From positions 5,592 through 69,591 of the forward strand of contig CAZTKJ010000007.1 of assembly GCA_964614185.1 (NCBI GenBank): a stretch of DNA of 64,000 bases, written 5' to 3'. Shown here one piece after another: positions 21,592-31,194 of the stretch. The translations under genes and the position numbers were made by a program. Source of the DNA: an uncultured Lachnospiraceae bacterium. Lineage in GTDB: Bacteria; Bacillota; Clostridia; Lachnospirales; Lachnospiraceae. Below the pieces are notes generated by a model. It was given only the letters and a program-made list of their open reading frames with translations, was not told the origin of the DNA and did not search any database. Position 1 is the first letter of the stretch; each line of letters opens with the position of its first letter.

Positions 21592-23703
21592 CTATACTTC
21601 AAAAATCAGATCGCCGTAAGTAGGCATAGGCCAGATTTTTTTATCTACTATCATTTCAAGTTCATCAGCAGGAGTTCTTAAATTTTCCATCGCTTTCTTA
21701 ACTACATCTTTATAATAAAATGCTTTTTCTTTTGCCTCCATAATTGAATGCGCCCTCTTCTCAGCTTCTTCCAATTCTCCCAGTGCCTTTTTCATAGCCG
21801 TCAGTTTAGTGGAAAGTTCTGAGAGTATCCCTGCCTGAACAGATGGGTCTGCCCCGGCATCCTTTACGGCAATTACGGTATCTGCCAGGGTTTTGCTGTA
21901 AGTAACAACCGCAGGGATGATCTGCTTGGAAGCCATATCGATCATGGTAAGAGCTTCAATATTGATGGTCTTTGCATATGTTTCATACAGAATCTCTTCT
22001 CGTGATTCCAGTTCCGCTTTTGTAAAAATCCCAAATTTCTCGAACAGCTTAACAGCTTTGTCGGTTGTCAGGGTATCTACCGCTTCAATCATAGACTTGA
22101 TATGGGGAAGTCCTCTTCTTTCGGCTTCCGCTACCCATTCTTCGGAATAACCGTCTCCATTGAATATGATCCGCTGGTGCTCTGTAAAATATTTCTTGAT
22201 CAGATCATGTACTGCCAGTTCAAAGTTGTCGGCTTTTTCAAGGATGTCTGCTGCTTCACAGAAAGCCTCTGCTGCCATGGCATTTAATATTGTATTGGGA
22301 CTTCCGATAGAGTCGGAAGAGCCCACCATACGAAATTCAAATTTATTTCCCGTAAATGCAAAAGGAGAAGTCCTGTTTCTGTCAGTAGCATCTTTTTCAA
22401 AATCAGGCAGCGTGGAAACACCGGTATCAAGTTTTCCTCCCTGCAGCACATGGGCCGCTTCTCCTGTTTCTACCAACTGTCTGACAACATCCTCCAACTG
22501 CTCACCGAGAAAAACAGAAATAATGGCGGGCGGCGCTTCATTAGCCCCAAGTCTATGGTCATTCCCTACATCAGAGGCGCTTTGACGAAGCAGGTCGGCA
22601 TGAACATCAACTGCTTTAATAATGCAGGCAAGCACTAACAAAAACTGAATATTTTCATTAGGCGTATCTCCCGGGTCCAAAAGATTAATGCCGTTGTCTG
22701 TTCCAAGAGACCAGTTATTGTGTTTACCGGAACCGTTTACTCCTGCAAATGGTTTCTCATGGAGCAGGCAGGTCATTCCGTGCCGCCCTGCAACTTTTTT
22801 CATGGTTTCCATTACCAGCTGGTTATGATCCACTGCAATATTGGCTGTTTCATAAATGGTTGCCAGCTCATGCTGGGCAGGAGCCACTTCATTATGCTGT
22901 GTTTTAGCCGTAACCCCCAGTTTCCACAGTTCTATATTCAGGTCTTTCATATAAGCCCCAATACGCTCACGAACTGTTCCAAAGTAATGATCCTCAAGCT
23001 CCTGACCCTTAGGCGCCGGCGCTCCAAAGAGCGTTCGTCCCGAGAAAACAAGATCCGGTCTTTTCAAATATTTTTCCCTGTCCACCAGGAAATACTCCTG
23101 TTCAGGTCCAACACTGGGATATACTTTTGTTGCAGTTGTATTGCCAAACAGCCGGACAATGCGGAGAGCCTGCTGGCTGACCGCCTCCATGGAACGCAAA
23201 AGCGGTGTTTTCTTATCAAGGGCTTCTCCTTTATAAGAACAGAATGCCGTAGGAATACAAAGGATTACACCTGTTGCATCTTCTTTCAAAAATGCAGGTG
23301 AAGTAATATCCCAGGCTGTATATCCTCTTGCCTCAAAAGTGGCCCGCAGTCCTCCTGAAGGAAACGAAGACGCATCCGGTTCTCCCTTGATCAATTCCTT
23401 ACCGGAAAATTCCAACATCATCTTGCCGCTTTCATCGGGATGAGATACAAAAGAATCATGTTTTTCAGCCGTAATTCCCGTTAACGGCTGAAACCAGTGA
23501 GTGTAATGGGTTGCCCCGTTCTCAACTGCCCAGTCCTTCATTACTTTTGCAACAACATCTGCTGTCTCTAAAGTAAGTTCACCACCCTGATCCATGATTC
23601 GGGTAACTTCTTTATATGTATTTTTGGGCAGACGTTCCTTCATAGTGGTTCTGGTAAATACTTTACTGCCAAAAAGTTTTTCAATATTTATTGCTTCATT
23701 CAT
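21592..23703 (-). CDS. glnA: glutamine synthetase type III
   Basis: 703 aa, THYTHWFQPLTG, EPDASSFPSGG, HRLGANEAPP, NRTSPFAFTGNKFEFR. Confidence 0.96.
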   Translation of the reverse strand: MNEAINIEKLFGSKVFTRTTMKERLPKNTYKEVTRIMDQGGELTLETADVVAKVMKDWAVENGATHYTHWFQPLTGITAEKHDSFVSHPDESGKMMLEFSGKELIKGEPDASSFPSGGLRATFEARGYTAWDITSPAFLKEDATGVILCIPTAFCSYKGEALDKKTPLLRSMEAVSQQALRIVRLFGNTTATKVYPSVGPEQEYFLVDREKYLKRPDLVFSGRTLFGAPAPKGQELEDHYFGTVRERIGAYMKDLNIELWKLGVTAKTQHNEVAPAQHELATIYETANIAVDHNQLVMETMKKVAGRHGMTCLLHEKPFAGVNGSGKHNNWSLGTDNGINLLDPGDTPNENIQFLLVLACIIKAVDVHADLLRQSASDVGNDHRLGANEAPPAIISVFLGEQLEDVVRQLVETGEAAHVLQGGKLDTGVSTLPDFEKDATDRNRTSPFAFTGNKFEFRMVGSSDSIGSPNTILNAMAAEAFCEAADILEKADNFELAVHDLIKKYFTEHQRIIFNGDGYSEEWVAEAERRGLPHIKSMIEAVDTLTTDKAVKLFEKFGIFTKAELESREEILYETYAKTINIEALTMIDMASKQIIPAVVTYSKTLADTVIAVKDAGADPSVQAGILSELSTKLTAMKKALGELEEAEKRAHSIMEAKEKAFYYKDVVKKAMENLRTPADELEMIVDKKIWPMPTYGDLIFEV

Positions 23704-24949
23704 TATCTTCTCCTCCTGCTTTCCGTACCCTTAAAAGGTCATATTGTTCTGCTTTTTTATCTAATTCCACATACAGTACCTGTCTGGGATGGGGCGCACT
23801 CTCCACTTTCTCTCCTTCCTGTGTGGTAAGCGACAGTACCCTCGTCTCCACATTTCTCCCATCCGGCTTCATAATTTCTATCTGATCCCCTACGCAGAAT
23901 TTATTTTTCTGTTCAATCTTAACTGTCGATTCCTTTACCTCTTCCACGATTCCCAAATATATATATTCATTAATATATGTATTAGAATCATAAATCTGGG
24001 TGTTCTCATCAGGTTTCCCAAAGTAAAATCCCACAGTGAACTGACGGTAAGTGCATTTGGCAATTTCTTCTCTGTACCAATCCAGATGTTCACGGTATTT
24101 ATGTTCCGATTCAAAATAGTCGTCAATTGCTTTACGGTAGGTTCTGGCAACAGCTGCCACATAAAGAGCCGTTTTCATCCTTCCTTCTATTTTGAAGCTG
24201 TCAATCCCTGCTGCTATCATTTCAGGAAGGTACTCTATCATACACAGATCCTTGGAATTAAAAATGTAAGTTCCTCTTTCATTTTCATAAACAGGCAGAT
24301 ATTCTCCCGGACGGCTTTCCTCCATCACCGCATATTTCCATCTGCAGGGATGCGTGCATGCTCCCTGGTTGGCATCTCTTCCTGTGAAGTAATTACTGAG
24401 AAGGCATCTTCCCGAATAGGAAATACACATTGCTCCATGGATAAAACTTTCTATTTCCATATCAGCCGGAATCTTTGCTCTGATTTCCTTAATTTCCGTA
24501 AGAGATAACTCTCTTGCAGAAACCACTCTTTTGGCTCCCTGATCGTACCAGAACTGATAAGTCATATAATTGGTATTATTGGCCTGAGTAGAAATATGAA
24601 TATCAATTTCCGGACATATCTCCCTGGCCAGCAAAAACATACCGGGATCCGATATGATCAATGCATCAGGTTTCATTTCCTTCAGCTCTTTGAAATAAGA
24701 TGCGGCTTCTTCCAGATCCTTATTGTGCGCAAGGATGTTGGCGGTAACATGTACCTTTACTCCGTGCTTATGGGCAAATTCAATTCCTGCCATCATATCC
24801 TTTTTGGAAAAATTCTTGGCTTTGGCCCGCAGGCTGAATGCTTCTCCTCCTATATACACAGCATCTGCCCCAAACAAAACGGCTGTTTTTAAGGCTTCAA
24901 GACTGCTTGCCGGTATTAATAGCTCTGGTTTTTTCATATTTCCCCTCAT
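23696..24949 (-). CDS. U32 peptidase-family protein (tRNA hydroxylation, TrhP-like)
   Basis: HGAMCISYSGRC, C.HPCR, FKIEGRMK. Confidence 0.9.
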   Translation of the reverse strand: MRGNMKKPELLIPASSLEALKTAVLFGADAVYIGGEAFSLRAKAKNFSKKDMMAGIEFAHKHGVKVHVTANILAHNKDLEEAASYFKELKEMKPDALIISDPGMFLLAREICPEIDIHISTQANNTNYMTYQFWYDQGAKRVVSARELSLTEIKEIRAKIPADMEIESFIHGAMCISYSGRCLLSNYFTGRDANQGACTHPCRWKYAVMEESRPGEYLPVYENERGTYIFNSKDLCMIEYLPEMIAAGIDSFKIEGRMKTALYVAAVARTYRKAIDDYFESEHKYREHLDWYREEIAKCTYRQFTVGFYFGKPDENTQIYDSNTYINEYIYLGIVEEVKESTVKIEQKNKFCVGDQIEIMKPDGRNVETRVLSLTTQEGEKVESAPHPRQVLYVELDKKAEQYDLLRVRKAGGEDNE

Positions 24950-24966
24950 TCTGCCGACAAACGGCT

Positions 24967-25608
24967 CTATTTTCGGACACTGACTGTCACTCCATCCCCT
25001 ACCGGGAGGATATCAGTCTGTAGATTTTCATTGTGTTTCAGCTCATACAGATAATCCCGCATTCTGCTGTGGATCGTTCTGTTCCTTCTCGTTACCGCAT
25101 ATCTGGATTCCAAAATATCTCCATCCTGCAAGACATTATCCGATATCAACAGACCTCCTTTTGAAAGGAGTTTCAAAACATCCGGAAGGAAATGAATATA
25201 CTGCCCCTTTGCAGCATCCATAAAGATCAGATCAAAGGGTCCTTCTAACTGCCTTAGAATTTCTGCAGCATCGCCTTCCAGCAATGTAATCTGATTCTCT
25301 CTGCCTGCCTTTTTGAAATTCTCTCTGGCAATGGGAATTCTTTTTTCATATTTTTCAATCGTTGTGATTTTACAATCTACAGGTCCATATTCACTCATCA
25401 GTAACGCAGAAAAACCAATGGCCGTTCCCACCTCCAGAATACGTTGCGGCTGCTTTATCGTCAAAAGCAGCTTTAATAGACTCTGCATCTGTGAACGTAT
25501 AATCGGGACATTGGTTTCCATTGCATATTGTTCCAATTCATTCAGGAAAGGAGTATTACCGGAATCAAAGGAATTAATAAATGTACTGATTCTTTCTTCC
25601 GTAATCAT
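24967..25608 (-). CDS. SAM-dependent O-methyltransferase (TrmR/YrrM-like)
   Basis: LEVGTAIGFS, FDLIFMDAAKGQY, SDNVL; adjacent to U32 as in Bacillus yrrM-yrrN. Confidence 0.9.
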   Translation of the reverse strand: MITEERISTFINSFDSGNTPFLNELEQYAMETNVPIIRSQMQSLLKLLLTIKQPQRILEVGTAIGFSALLMSEYGPVDCKITTIEKYEKRIPIARENFKKAGRENQITLLEGDAAEILRQLEGPFDLIFMDAAKGQYIHFLPDVLKLLSKGGLLISDNVLQDGDILESRYAVTRRNRTIHSRMRDYLYELKHNENLQTDILPVGDGVTVSVRK

Positions 25609-25623
25609 ATAAATATACCTCTT

Positions 25624-26100
25624 TTATTCTGCTGCCATTCCTTCTGTATTTTCCATTTCGGCATCTTCATACGGCTCTTCTTCGCCTTCTGACTCCTCAT
25701 CATCTTCCATGCTTTGATCATTTTCCTCTGCTGCCTCCTGAGAGGTGGACATCACTGCCAGCATTTCCTCTGCTGTCATACTGGTATTCAGATCATAAAT
25801 GCCGGGTTTGATCTTCTTATGATAAGCCGACAAAAACTCCTGCATAATAAACAGCCTTGCATCTTCTATAAGGCCCTTTTCTTCCAGCATCTCTGCAATA
25901 TCTTTTACATCAGCATTCTCTGCAATGCCCACCGTAATCGTTCGTCCGCCTGACGCAGATACAGGTTCATCCGCAAATACCTTATATCCAAAATTATAAG
26001 CCTCTGTAGACGTTCGCAGTACAAACATAACGATTGCTGCTACCACAACCACTTTAATAATTGCTTCAATAACAGCTCCTATCAGATATTTTACATTCAT
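25624..26100 (-). CDS. short MltG/YceG N-terminal-like membrane protein with acidic tail
   Basis: TM segment, IAEMLEEKGLI and PGIYDLNTSMT motifs; no catalytic domain; start moved to MNVKY. Confidence 0.75.
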   Translation of the reverse strand: MNVKYLIGAVIEAIIKVVVVAAIVMFVLRTSTEAYNFGYKVFADEPVSASGGRTITVGIAENADVKDIAEMLEEKGLIEDARLFIMQEFLSAYHKKIKPGIYDLNTSMTAEEMLAVMSTSQEAAEENDQSMEDDEESEGEEEPYEDAEMENTEGMAAE

Positions 26101-26131
26101 ATCATAACCATACCTTTCCTTTTGCCGGATT

Positions 26132-26461
26132 TTATTCAAATTCTACCGCTTCCGTAATGCAAAGCGTAACCTCCTGCATCATCCGGCAGAATGCCAACTC
26201 TGCCCTTAAAAAATCATCTACCATGGGATCTTCTCTGAATTCTTCATATTCCCGTTCAAACTCATCCATCTTATCAAATAGCTCATCCTTCTGAGTGGTA
26301 TTCTGAATTTCAAAATTCTTCTCTCTGAATTCATTTACCTTTTGATATTTTTCCGGATATTCTTTCAGCTTTTCCAGTTGTTCATAATATCTTCTGTAAG
26401 TCTCTGTTTCCTTAATTATCCTGACGTATTTCAGAGTTGCGCTTTTTAAGCTGTTTTCCAT
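26132..26461 (-). CDS. YlbF/YmcA-family regulator
   Basis: helical 109 aa, PMVDDFLRAELAFCRMM motif. Confidence 0.75.
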   Translation of the reverse strand: MENSLKSATLKYVRIIKETETYRRYYEQLEKLKEYPEKYQKVNEFREKNFEIQNTTQKDELFDKMDEFEREYEEFREDPMVDDFLRAELAFCRMMQEVTLCITEAVEFE

Positions 26462-26512
26462 ATTAAATACTCCATTCTTACTCAGCCCGCGATATTTATC
26501 ATTGGGAATTTA

Positions 26513-28201
26513 TTATACTTCCATGATAATAGGAAGTATCATTGGCCGGCGTTTTGTCTTTTTCCATACATACTCGCTAAGAGAATCTTTAATGGAAGCC
26601 TTAAGTTTGCCCCAGTCTGCAATGCCCTTATCAAGACACCCTTCCACTGCCTCGTTAACTACGATTCTGGCTTCGTCCATCAGCTCGTCCGATTCTCTGA
26701 CATAAACAAATCCTCTGGAAACAATATCCGGTCCGCATACCAGCTGGTCTGTAGCGCTGTCCAGTCCCAGCACCACGATCAAAATACCATCCTCCGCCAG
26801 ATGCTGTCTGTCACGAAGGACGATGTTGCCCACATCACCAACACCCAGCCCATCTACAAGGATATCTCCCACCGGAACTCTGCCGGTTATTGATGCCGAA
26901 TCCTCAGACAACTCCAGTACATCCCCTGATTGAAGGATAAATATATTTTCCTTGGGCATACCCAGTTCTTTTGCAATCTTGGCCTGAGCCATCAGATGTT
27001 TATATTCTCCATGTACGGGAATGGTATACTGTGGATGCACCAAAGTATAAATCAGTTTAATTTCTTCCTGGCAGGCATGTCCCGATACATGAACATCCTG
27101 GAAAATAACATCTGCTCCCTTCATCAGGAGTTCATTGATCACATTGGTAACTGCCTTTTCATTGCCCGGTATAGGATTAGAAGAAAAAATAACCGTATCT
27201 CCGGGACCTATGGAAATTTTCTTATGATTGTTTTCTGCCATACGGCTAAGGGCTGCCATGCTTTCGCCCTGGCTTCCGGTAGTTATGATAACCGTCTTTT
27301 CATCCGGATAGTTTTTCAGCTGCTCTATATCAATTAATGTCTGGTCCGGTATGCTAAGACATCCTAAGTTAGTTGCAACTTCTATGATATTTACCATACT
27401 TCTGCCTTCTACTACTACCTTGCGGCCAAACTTATAAGCAGAATTAATGATTTGCTGCACTCTGTCTACATTAGAAGCAAATGTGGCAATGATAATACGT
27501 GTATTTTTATGCTCTTCAAACAATGCATCAAAAGTTTTACCCACTGTTTTTTCAGAGGCCGTAAAGCCGGGTCGTTCCGCATTGGTAGAGTCACACATCA
27601 GGGCAAGCACGCCCTTTTTTCCAAGTTCTGCAAAACGCTGCAGATCAATGGCATCACCGAATACCGGTGTATAGTCTACTTTAAAATCACCTGTATGCAC
27701 AACAATTCCGGCAGGAGAGTAAATTGCAAGGGCCGCTGCGTCTACAATGCTGTGATTGGTCTTAATGAACTCAATCCTGAATTGGCCCAGATTAATGGAC
27801 TGACCAAACTTTACCACCTTGCGCTTAACAGTGTTCAGGATGCTATGCTCTCTCAGCTTGTTCTCAATCAATCCCATAGTCAGCCTGGTAGCATAAACCG
27901 GCACATTGACCTCTTTGAGCACATAGGGAAGTGCACCGATGTGGTCTTCGTGACCATGAGTGATCATAAATCCCTTTACTTTGTCAATATTGTTTCTTAA
28001 ATAAGTAATATCCGGAATTACAAGGTCAATACCCAGCATGTCATCTTCCGGAAAAGAAAGGCCGCAGTCTACTACAATAATACTGTCTTCATATTCAAAA
28101 GCAGTAATATTCATGCCAATCTGTTCCAACCCGCCAAGTGGAATCACTTTCAGGCTGGAACCTTTTTTCATTTCATCTTTCTTCAAACAATTTACCTCCA
28201 T
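26513..28201 (-). CDS. rnj: ribonuclease J
   Basis: LGGLEQIGMN, THGHEDHIG, HVSGHA, VHGEYKH; true start may be the TTG after GGAGG. Confidence 0.96.
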   Translation of the reverse strand: MEVNCLKKDEMKKGSSLKVIPLGGLEQIGMNITAFEYEDSIIVVDCGLSFPEDDMLGIDLVIPDITYLRNNIDKVKGFMITHGHEDHIGALPYVLKEVNVPVYATRLTMGLIENKLREHSILNTVKRKVVKFGQSINLGQFRIEFIKTNHSIVDAAALAIYSPAGIVVHTGDFKVDYTPVFGDAIDLQRFAELGKKGVLALMCDSTNAERPGFTASEKTVGKTFDALFEEHKNTRIIIATFASNVDRVQQIINSAYKFGRKVVVEGRSMVNIIEVATNLGCLSIPDQTLIDIEQLKNYPDEKTVIITTGSQGESMAALSRMAENNHKKISIGPGDTVIFSSNPIPGNEKAVTNVINELLMKGADVIFQDVHVSGHACQEEIKLIYTLVHPQYTIPVHGEYKHLMAQAKIAKELGMPKENIFILQSGDVLELSEDSASITGRVPVGDILVDGLGVGDVGNIVLRDRQHLAEDGILIVVLGLDSATDQLVCGPDIVSRGFVYVRESDELMDEARIVVNEAVEGCLDKGIADWGKLKASIKDSLSEYVWKKTKRRPMILPIIMEV

Positions 28202-28351
28202 GTTTTCCCATCACTGTAGAGTTTTCCTCCATGGCAGATAACCTTACAAAATAATGATGATTTATGCACTTCTCATCTTCCGTTTGCTCCGCACACAATC
28301 CATCATTAGCAGTCTGTCTGTCATACAGATTCAACCCGACAGTATTCTGTA

Positions 28352-28609
28352 TTAATTTTCAATTTCTACATCTTCCAGTAGATTTTCAAATACGGCTGCT
28401 ACCGCTGACAGTTCCGTATCATCTTCCACTATTTCATAAATACTTTCTGTGCTTTTATCATCAGAGATGTCCTTCAAAATAAATGCCTGGGAATCTCCTT
28501 CTTCCTCTTCTGTCACTAAAATGTAATGTCTGCCGCCTATTGTTGTCTGCTCCAGCACATAAAACCATGCCGTTTCAGATCCGTCCAACGCAAATGCTAT
28601 TTTTTCCAA
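28352..28609 (-). CDS. DUF1292 family protein
   Basis: small acidic protein, YILVT..Y.IVEDD.EL..V..VF; follows ruvX. Confidence 0.8.
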   Translation of the reverse strand: MEKIAFALDGSETAWFYVLEQTTIGGRHYILVTEEEEGDSQAFILKDISDDKSTESIYEIVEDDTELSAVAAVFENLLEDVEIEN

Positions 28610-28611
28610 TA

Positions 28612-29055
28612 TTATACCTCTTCCTGTTTTTCCGCATTCCGCAGTTCAAGATATCCACGCAGAATAAATACTGCCGCAATCTTATCTACATATTCTTTCC
28701 TGTTTTCTCTGCGGATTCCGGCTTCCATCATGGCCTTGTCAGCCGCAACCGTAGTCAGTCTTTCATCCCACATATAAACAGGCAGGCCCGTACGCCTCTC
28801 CAGCTTTTCTTTAAATTCAAGGGTAAGCTCTGCCCTGCTGCCCAGAGAATCATTCATATTTTTGGGAAGTCCAAGTACGATTTCCTCTACCTGATATTCC
28901 AAAATCAATTCTTCGATTCTGGCCAAAGTCTGACGTAATTTATTTTCATCTTTTCTTCTGATAATTTCTATTCCTTGAGCAGTAATAAGCATGGGGTCAC
29001 TGACCGCCACGCCTACTGTCTTTGCTCCGAAATCCAAACCCATTATTCTCATCAT
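28612..29055 (-). CDS. ruvX: RuvX/YqgF RNase H-fold nuclease
   Basis: [32 protein letters not shown]. Confidence 0.95.
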   Translation of the reverse strand: MMRIMGLDFGAKTVGVAVSDPMLITAQGIEIIRRKDENKLRQTLARIEELILEYQVEEIVLGLPKNMNDSLGSRAELTLEFKEKLERRTGLPVYMWDERLTTVAADKAMMEAGIRRENRKEYVDKIAAVFILRGYLELRNAEKQEEV

Positions 29056-29058
29056 ATA

Positions 29059-29319
29059 TTATTTCCAATGATTATTTTTGATGTATTCTGTCAGCAATTC
29101 CTCTACAAGCTCGTCCCGTTCCACTTTCATGATCAGGCTTCTTGCATTGCGATAACTGGTAATATAAGTAGGATCTCCTGACATAATATATCCTACAATT
29201 TGATTGACAGGATTATATCCCTTTTCTGTTAATGCCTGATAAACTTCATCCAGCGTTTTCTTAACAGTATTATTATCGGTTCCAACTTTAAAAAATTGTG
29301 TGTTTCCTAAGTCCTGCAT
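29059..29319 (-). CDS. ireB: IreB/ReoM-family regulatory phosphoprotein
   Basis: [23 protein letters not shown]. Confidence 0.92.
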   Translation of the reverse strand: MQDLGNTQFFKVGTDNNTVKKTLDEVYQALTEKGYNPVNQIVGYIMSGDPTYITSYRNARSLIMKVERDELVEELLTEYIKNNHWK

Positions 29320-29358
29320 AAGCCGCACCCCTTGTTTTGTCTAACCCTATTCTTTTTT

Positions 29359-29387
29359 ATCTTACCCCATTTTATTCTAAAATTCAA
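29359..29387 (-). promoter_or_regulatory. sigma-A promoter of the ireB cluster
   Basis: TTGAAT-17-TAAGAT. Confidence 0.55.
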
Positions 29388-29399
29388 TGGTATTTAACC

Positions 29400-30761
29400 C
29401 TATTCTCTTTCAAAGAGCAGAATATCCGGCTGCAAAAACCCACTACAGCTTCCTTTTAAAATCCTTCCGGAAAGATTCTCTCCGGAAGGGATGGCCGCCT
29501 TAATATACTCCATGCTGTGTCCGATCTGGTACTGCCTTCCCCCTATTTCTTTTTGTTCCTCGAATAAAACCGCCATCTCCGTATGTAAATGCTTTTTTCG
29601 GAACTCATGGGACATCTCCTGCTCTAAGCGGATCAGGATATCGCTTCTTTCTGCTTTAGTATCTTCCCGGATCTGATTTTTCATAGCAGCTGCTATAGTA
29701 CCTTTCCGTTTGGAATATTTAAAGATATGCATCTCGTAAAAGCATACTTTTTTTAAGAAATTCCTGGTTACTTCAAATTCTTCTTCAGTTTCCCCCGGAA
29801 ACCCTACGATTACATCTGTAGTAATTGCCGGATCTTTAAAAAACTTACGAAGAATGCATACCTTCTCATAGTATTCCTCCGCAGTGTATCTTCTATTCAT
29901 CCGTTTCAAAACAGTATTACAGCCGCTTTGTAAAGATATATGGAAATGAGGGCAGAATTTAGACAGACCGGAAAGTTCTTTGGCAAAGTTTTCCGTCACG
30001 ATCCTTGGTTCTAAAGAACCCAGACGGATACGTTCCACTCCATCTATCTCATGAATCTTTTTGATCAATGCAAGCAATCTTTCATGAGGGAATCCTTCTC
30101 CACCTGATATATTGTTAATTCCATCAAAGTCAAGGCCGTAAGAGCTGATGTGGATTCCGGTAAGCACCACTTCCCGATATCCATGCTGTGCAAGGTTCAT
30201 CACTTCTGTAAGGATTTCTTCCTCTTTACGGCTTCTTACCCTGCCTCTTGCGTATGGAATGATACAATAAGTACAGAACTGATTACAGCCATCCTGGATC
30301 TTGATAAAAGCCCGGGTATGTTCTGCCGTACGCCGGAGCATCATGGATTCATATTCTTTCGTATGGCCAATGTCTATGACAGTCTTTCCCTCTAAGGTCT
30401 TGCTTCTTTCTTCCTGCTTTGAAAGGAACTCCTCCAAAATAGGGATCAAATCTTTTTTCCGGTTGTTTCCGATAACCAGATCAATGCTCTCATCCTTCAA
30501 CACTTCCTCTTGGCCTGTCTGCACATAACAGCCTACTGCCACTACTACAGCTTCCGGATTCTTCTTTCTGGCACGGTGAAGCATTTGTCTGCTTTTTTTA
30601 TCTGCTACATTTGTTACGGTACATGTGTTGATGATATATATATCGGCATGTTCATCAAAAGGTACAATTTTGTAACCCTTTTCTTGTAACATTTGTTGCA
30701 TAACATCCATTTCATATCCGTTTACTTTACATCCCAGGTTATGTAATGCAACACTTTTCAT
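29400..30761 (-). CDS. mtaB: tRNA t6A37 methylthiotransferase MtaB
   Basis: LGCKVN, NTCTVT, CNQFCTYC radical SAM motif, TRAM-like end. Confidence 0.93.
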   Translation of the reverse strand: MKSVALHNLGCKVNGYEMDVMQQMLQEKGYKIVPFDEHADIYIINTCTVTNVADKKSRQMLHRARKKNPEAVVVAVGCYVQTGQEEVLKDESIDLVIGNNRKKDLIPILEEFLSKQEERSKTLEGKTVIDIGHTKEYESMMLRRTAEHTRAFIKIQDGCNQFCTYCIIPYARGRVRSRKEEEILTEVMNLAQHGYREVVLTGIHISSYGLDFDGINNISGGEGFPHERLLALIKKIHEIDGVERIRLGSLEPRIVTENFAKELSGLSKFCPHFHISLQSGCNTVLKRMNRRYTAEEYYEKVCILRKFFKDPAITTDVIVGFPGETEEEFEVTRNFLKKVCFYEMHIFKYSKRKGTIAAAMKNQIREDTKAERSDILIRLEQEMSHEFRKKHLHTEMAVLFEEQKEIGGRQYQIGHSMEYIKAAIPSGENLSGRILKGSCSGFLQPDILLFERE

Positions 30762-30861
30762 ATTATTCTCCGTTTTTTTGTATTGTTTTATCATTGACTT
30801 TTTAATATGAATCCTTTACTATACTAGCAGGCAGGTATGAAAATATAAGGAGGTAATTACA

Positions 30862-31092
30862 ATGAAAACTGTACAGATTTCATTAAATTCTATCGATAAG
30901 GTAAAAGCTTTTGTAAATGATATTACAAAGTTTGATTATGACTTTGACTTAGTTTCAGGAAGATATGTCATTGATGCTAAATCCATTATGGGTATCTTTT
31001 CTCTGGACTTATCTAAACCTATCGATTTAAATATTCATGTAGAAGAAAACGTTGATGACGTTTTAGAATCGTTAAAGTCCTATATCATTTAA
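30862..31092 (+). CDS. HPr-family protein lacking His15
   Basis: DAKSIMG (Ser46 motif) present, GLHARP absent; AAGGAGG RBS. Confidence 0.85.
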   Translation: MKTVQISLNSIDKVKAFVNDITKFDYDFDLVSGRYVIDAKSIMGIFSLDLSKPIDLNIHVEENVDDVLESLKSYII

Positions 31093-31137
31093 TATTTAGC
31101 AGGCTTTAAATATATATTCTTCCACATTGTTAAAACC

Positions 31138-31168
31138 AAACGGCATATTCCAGTAATATGCCGTTTTT
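31138..31168. terminator. bidirectional terminator between the HPr-like gene and thiI
   Basis: AAACGGCATATT/AATATGCCGTTT stem plus T-run. Confidence 0.8.
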
Positions 31169-31194
31169 AATATAAGAACGACTTGCAACGCATG

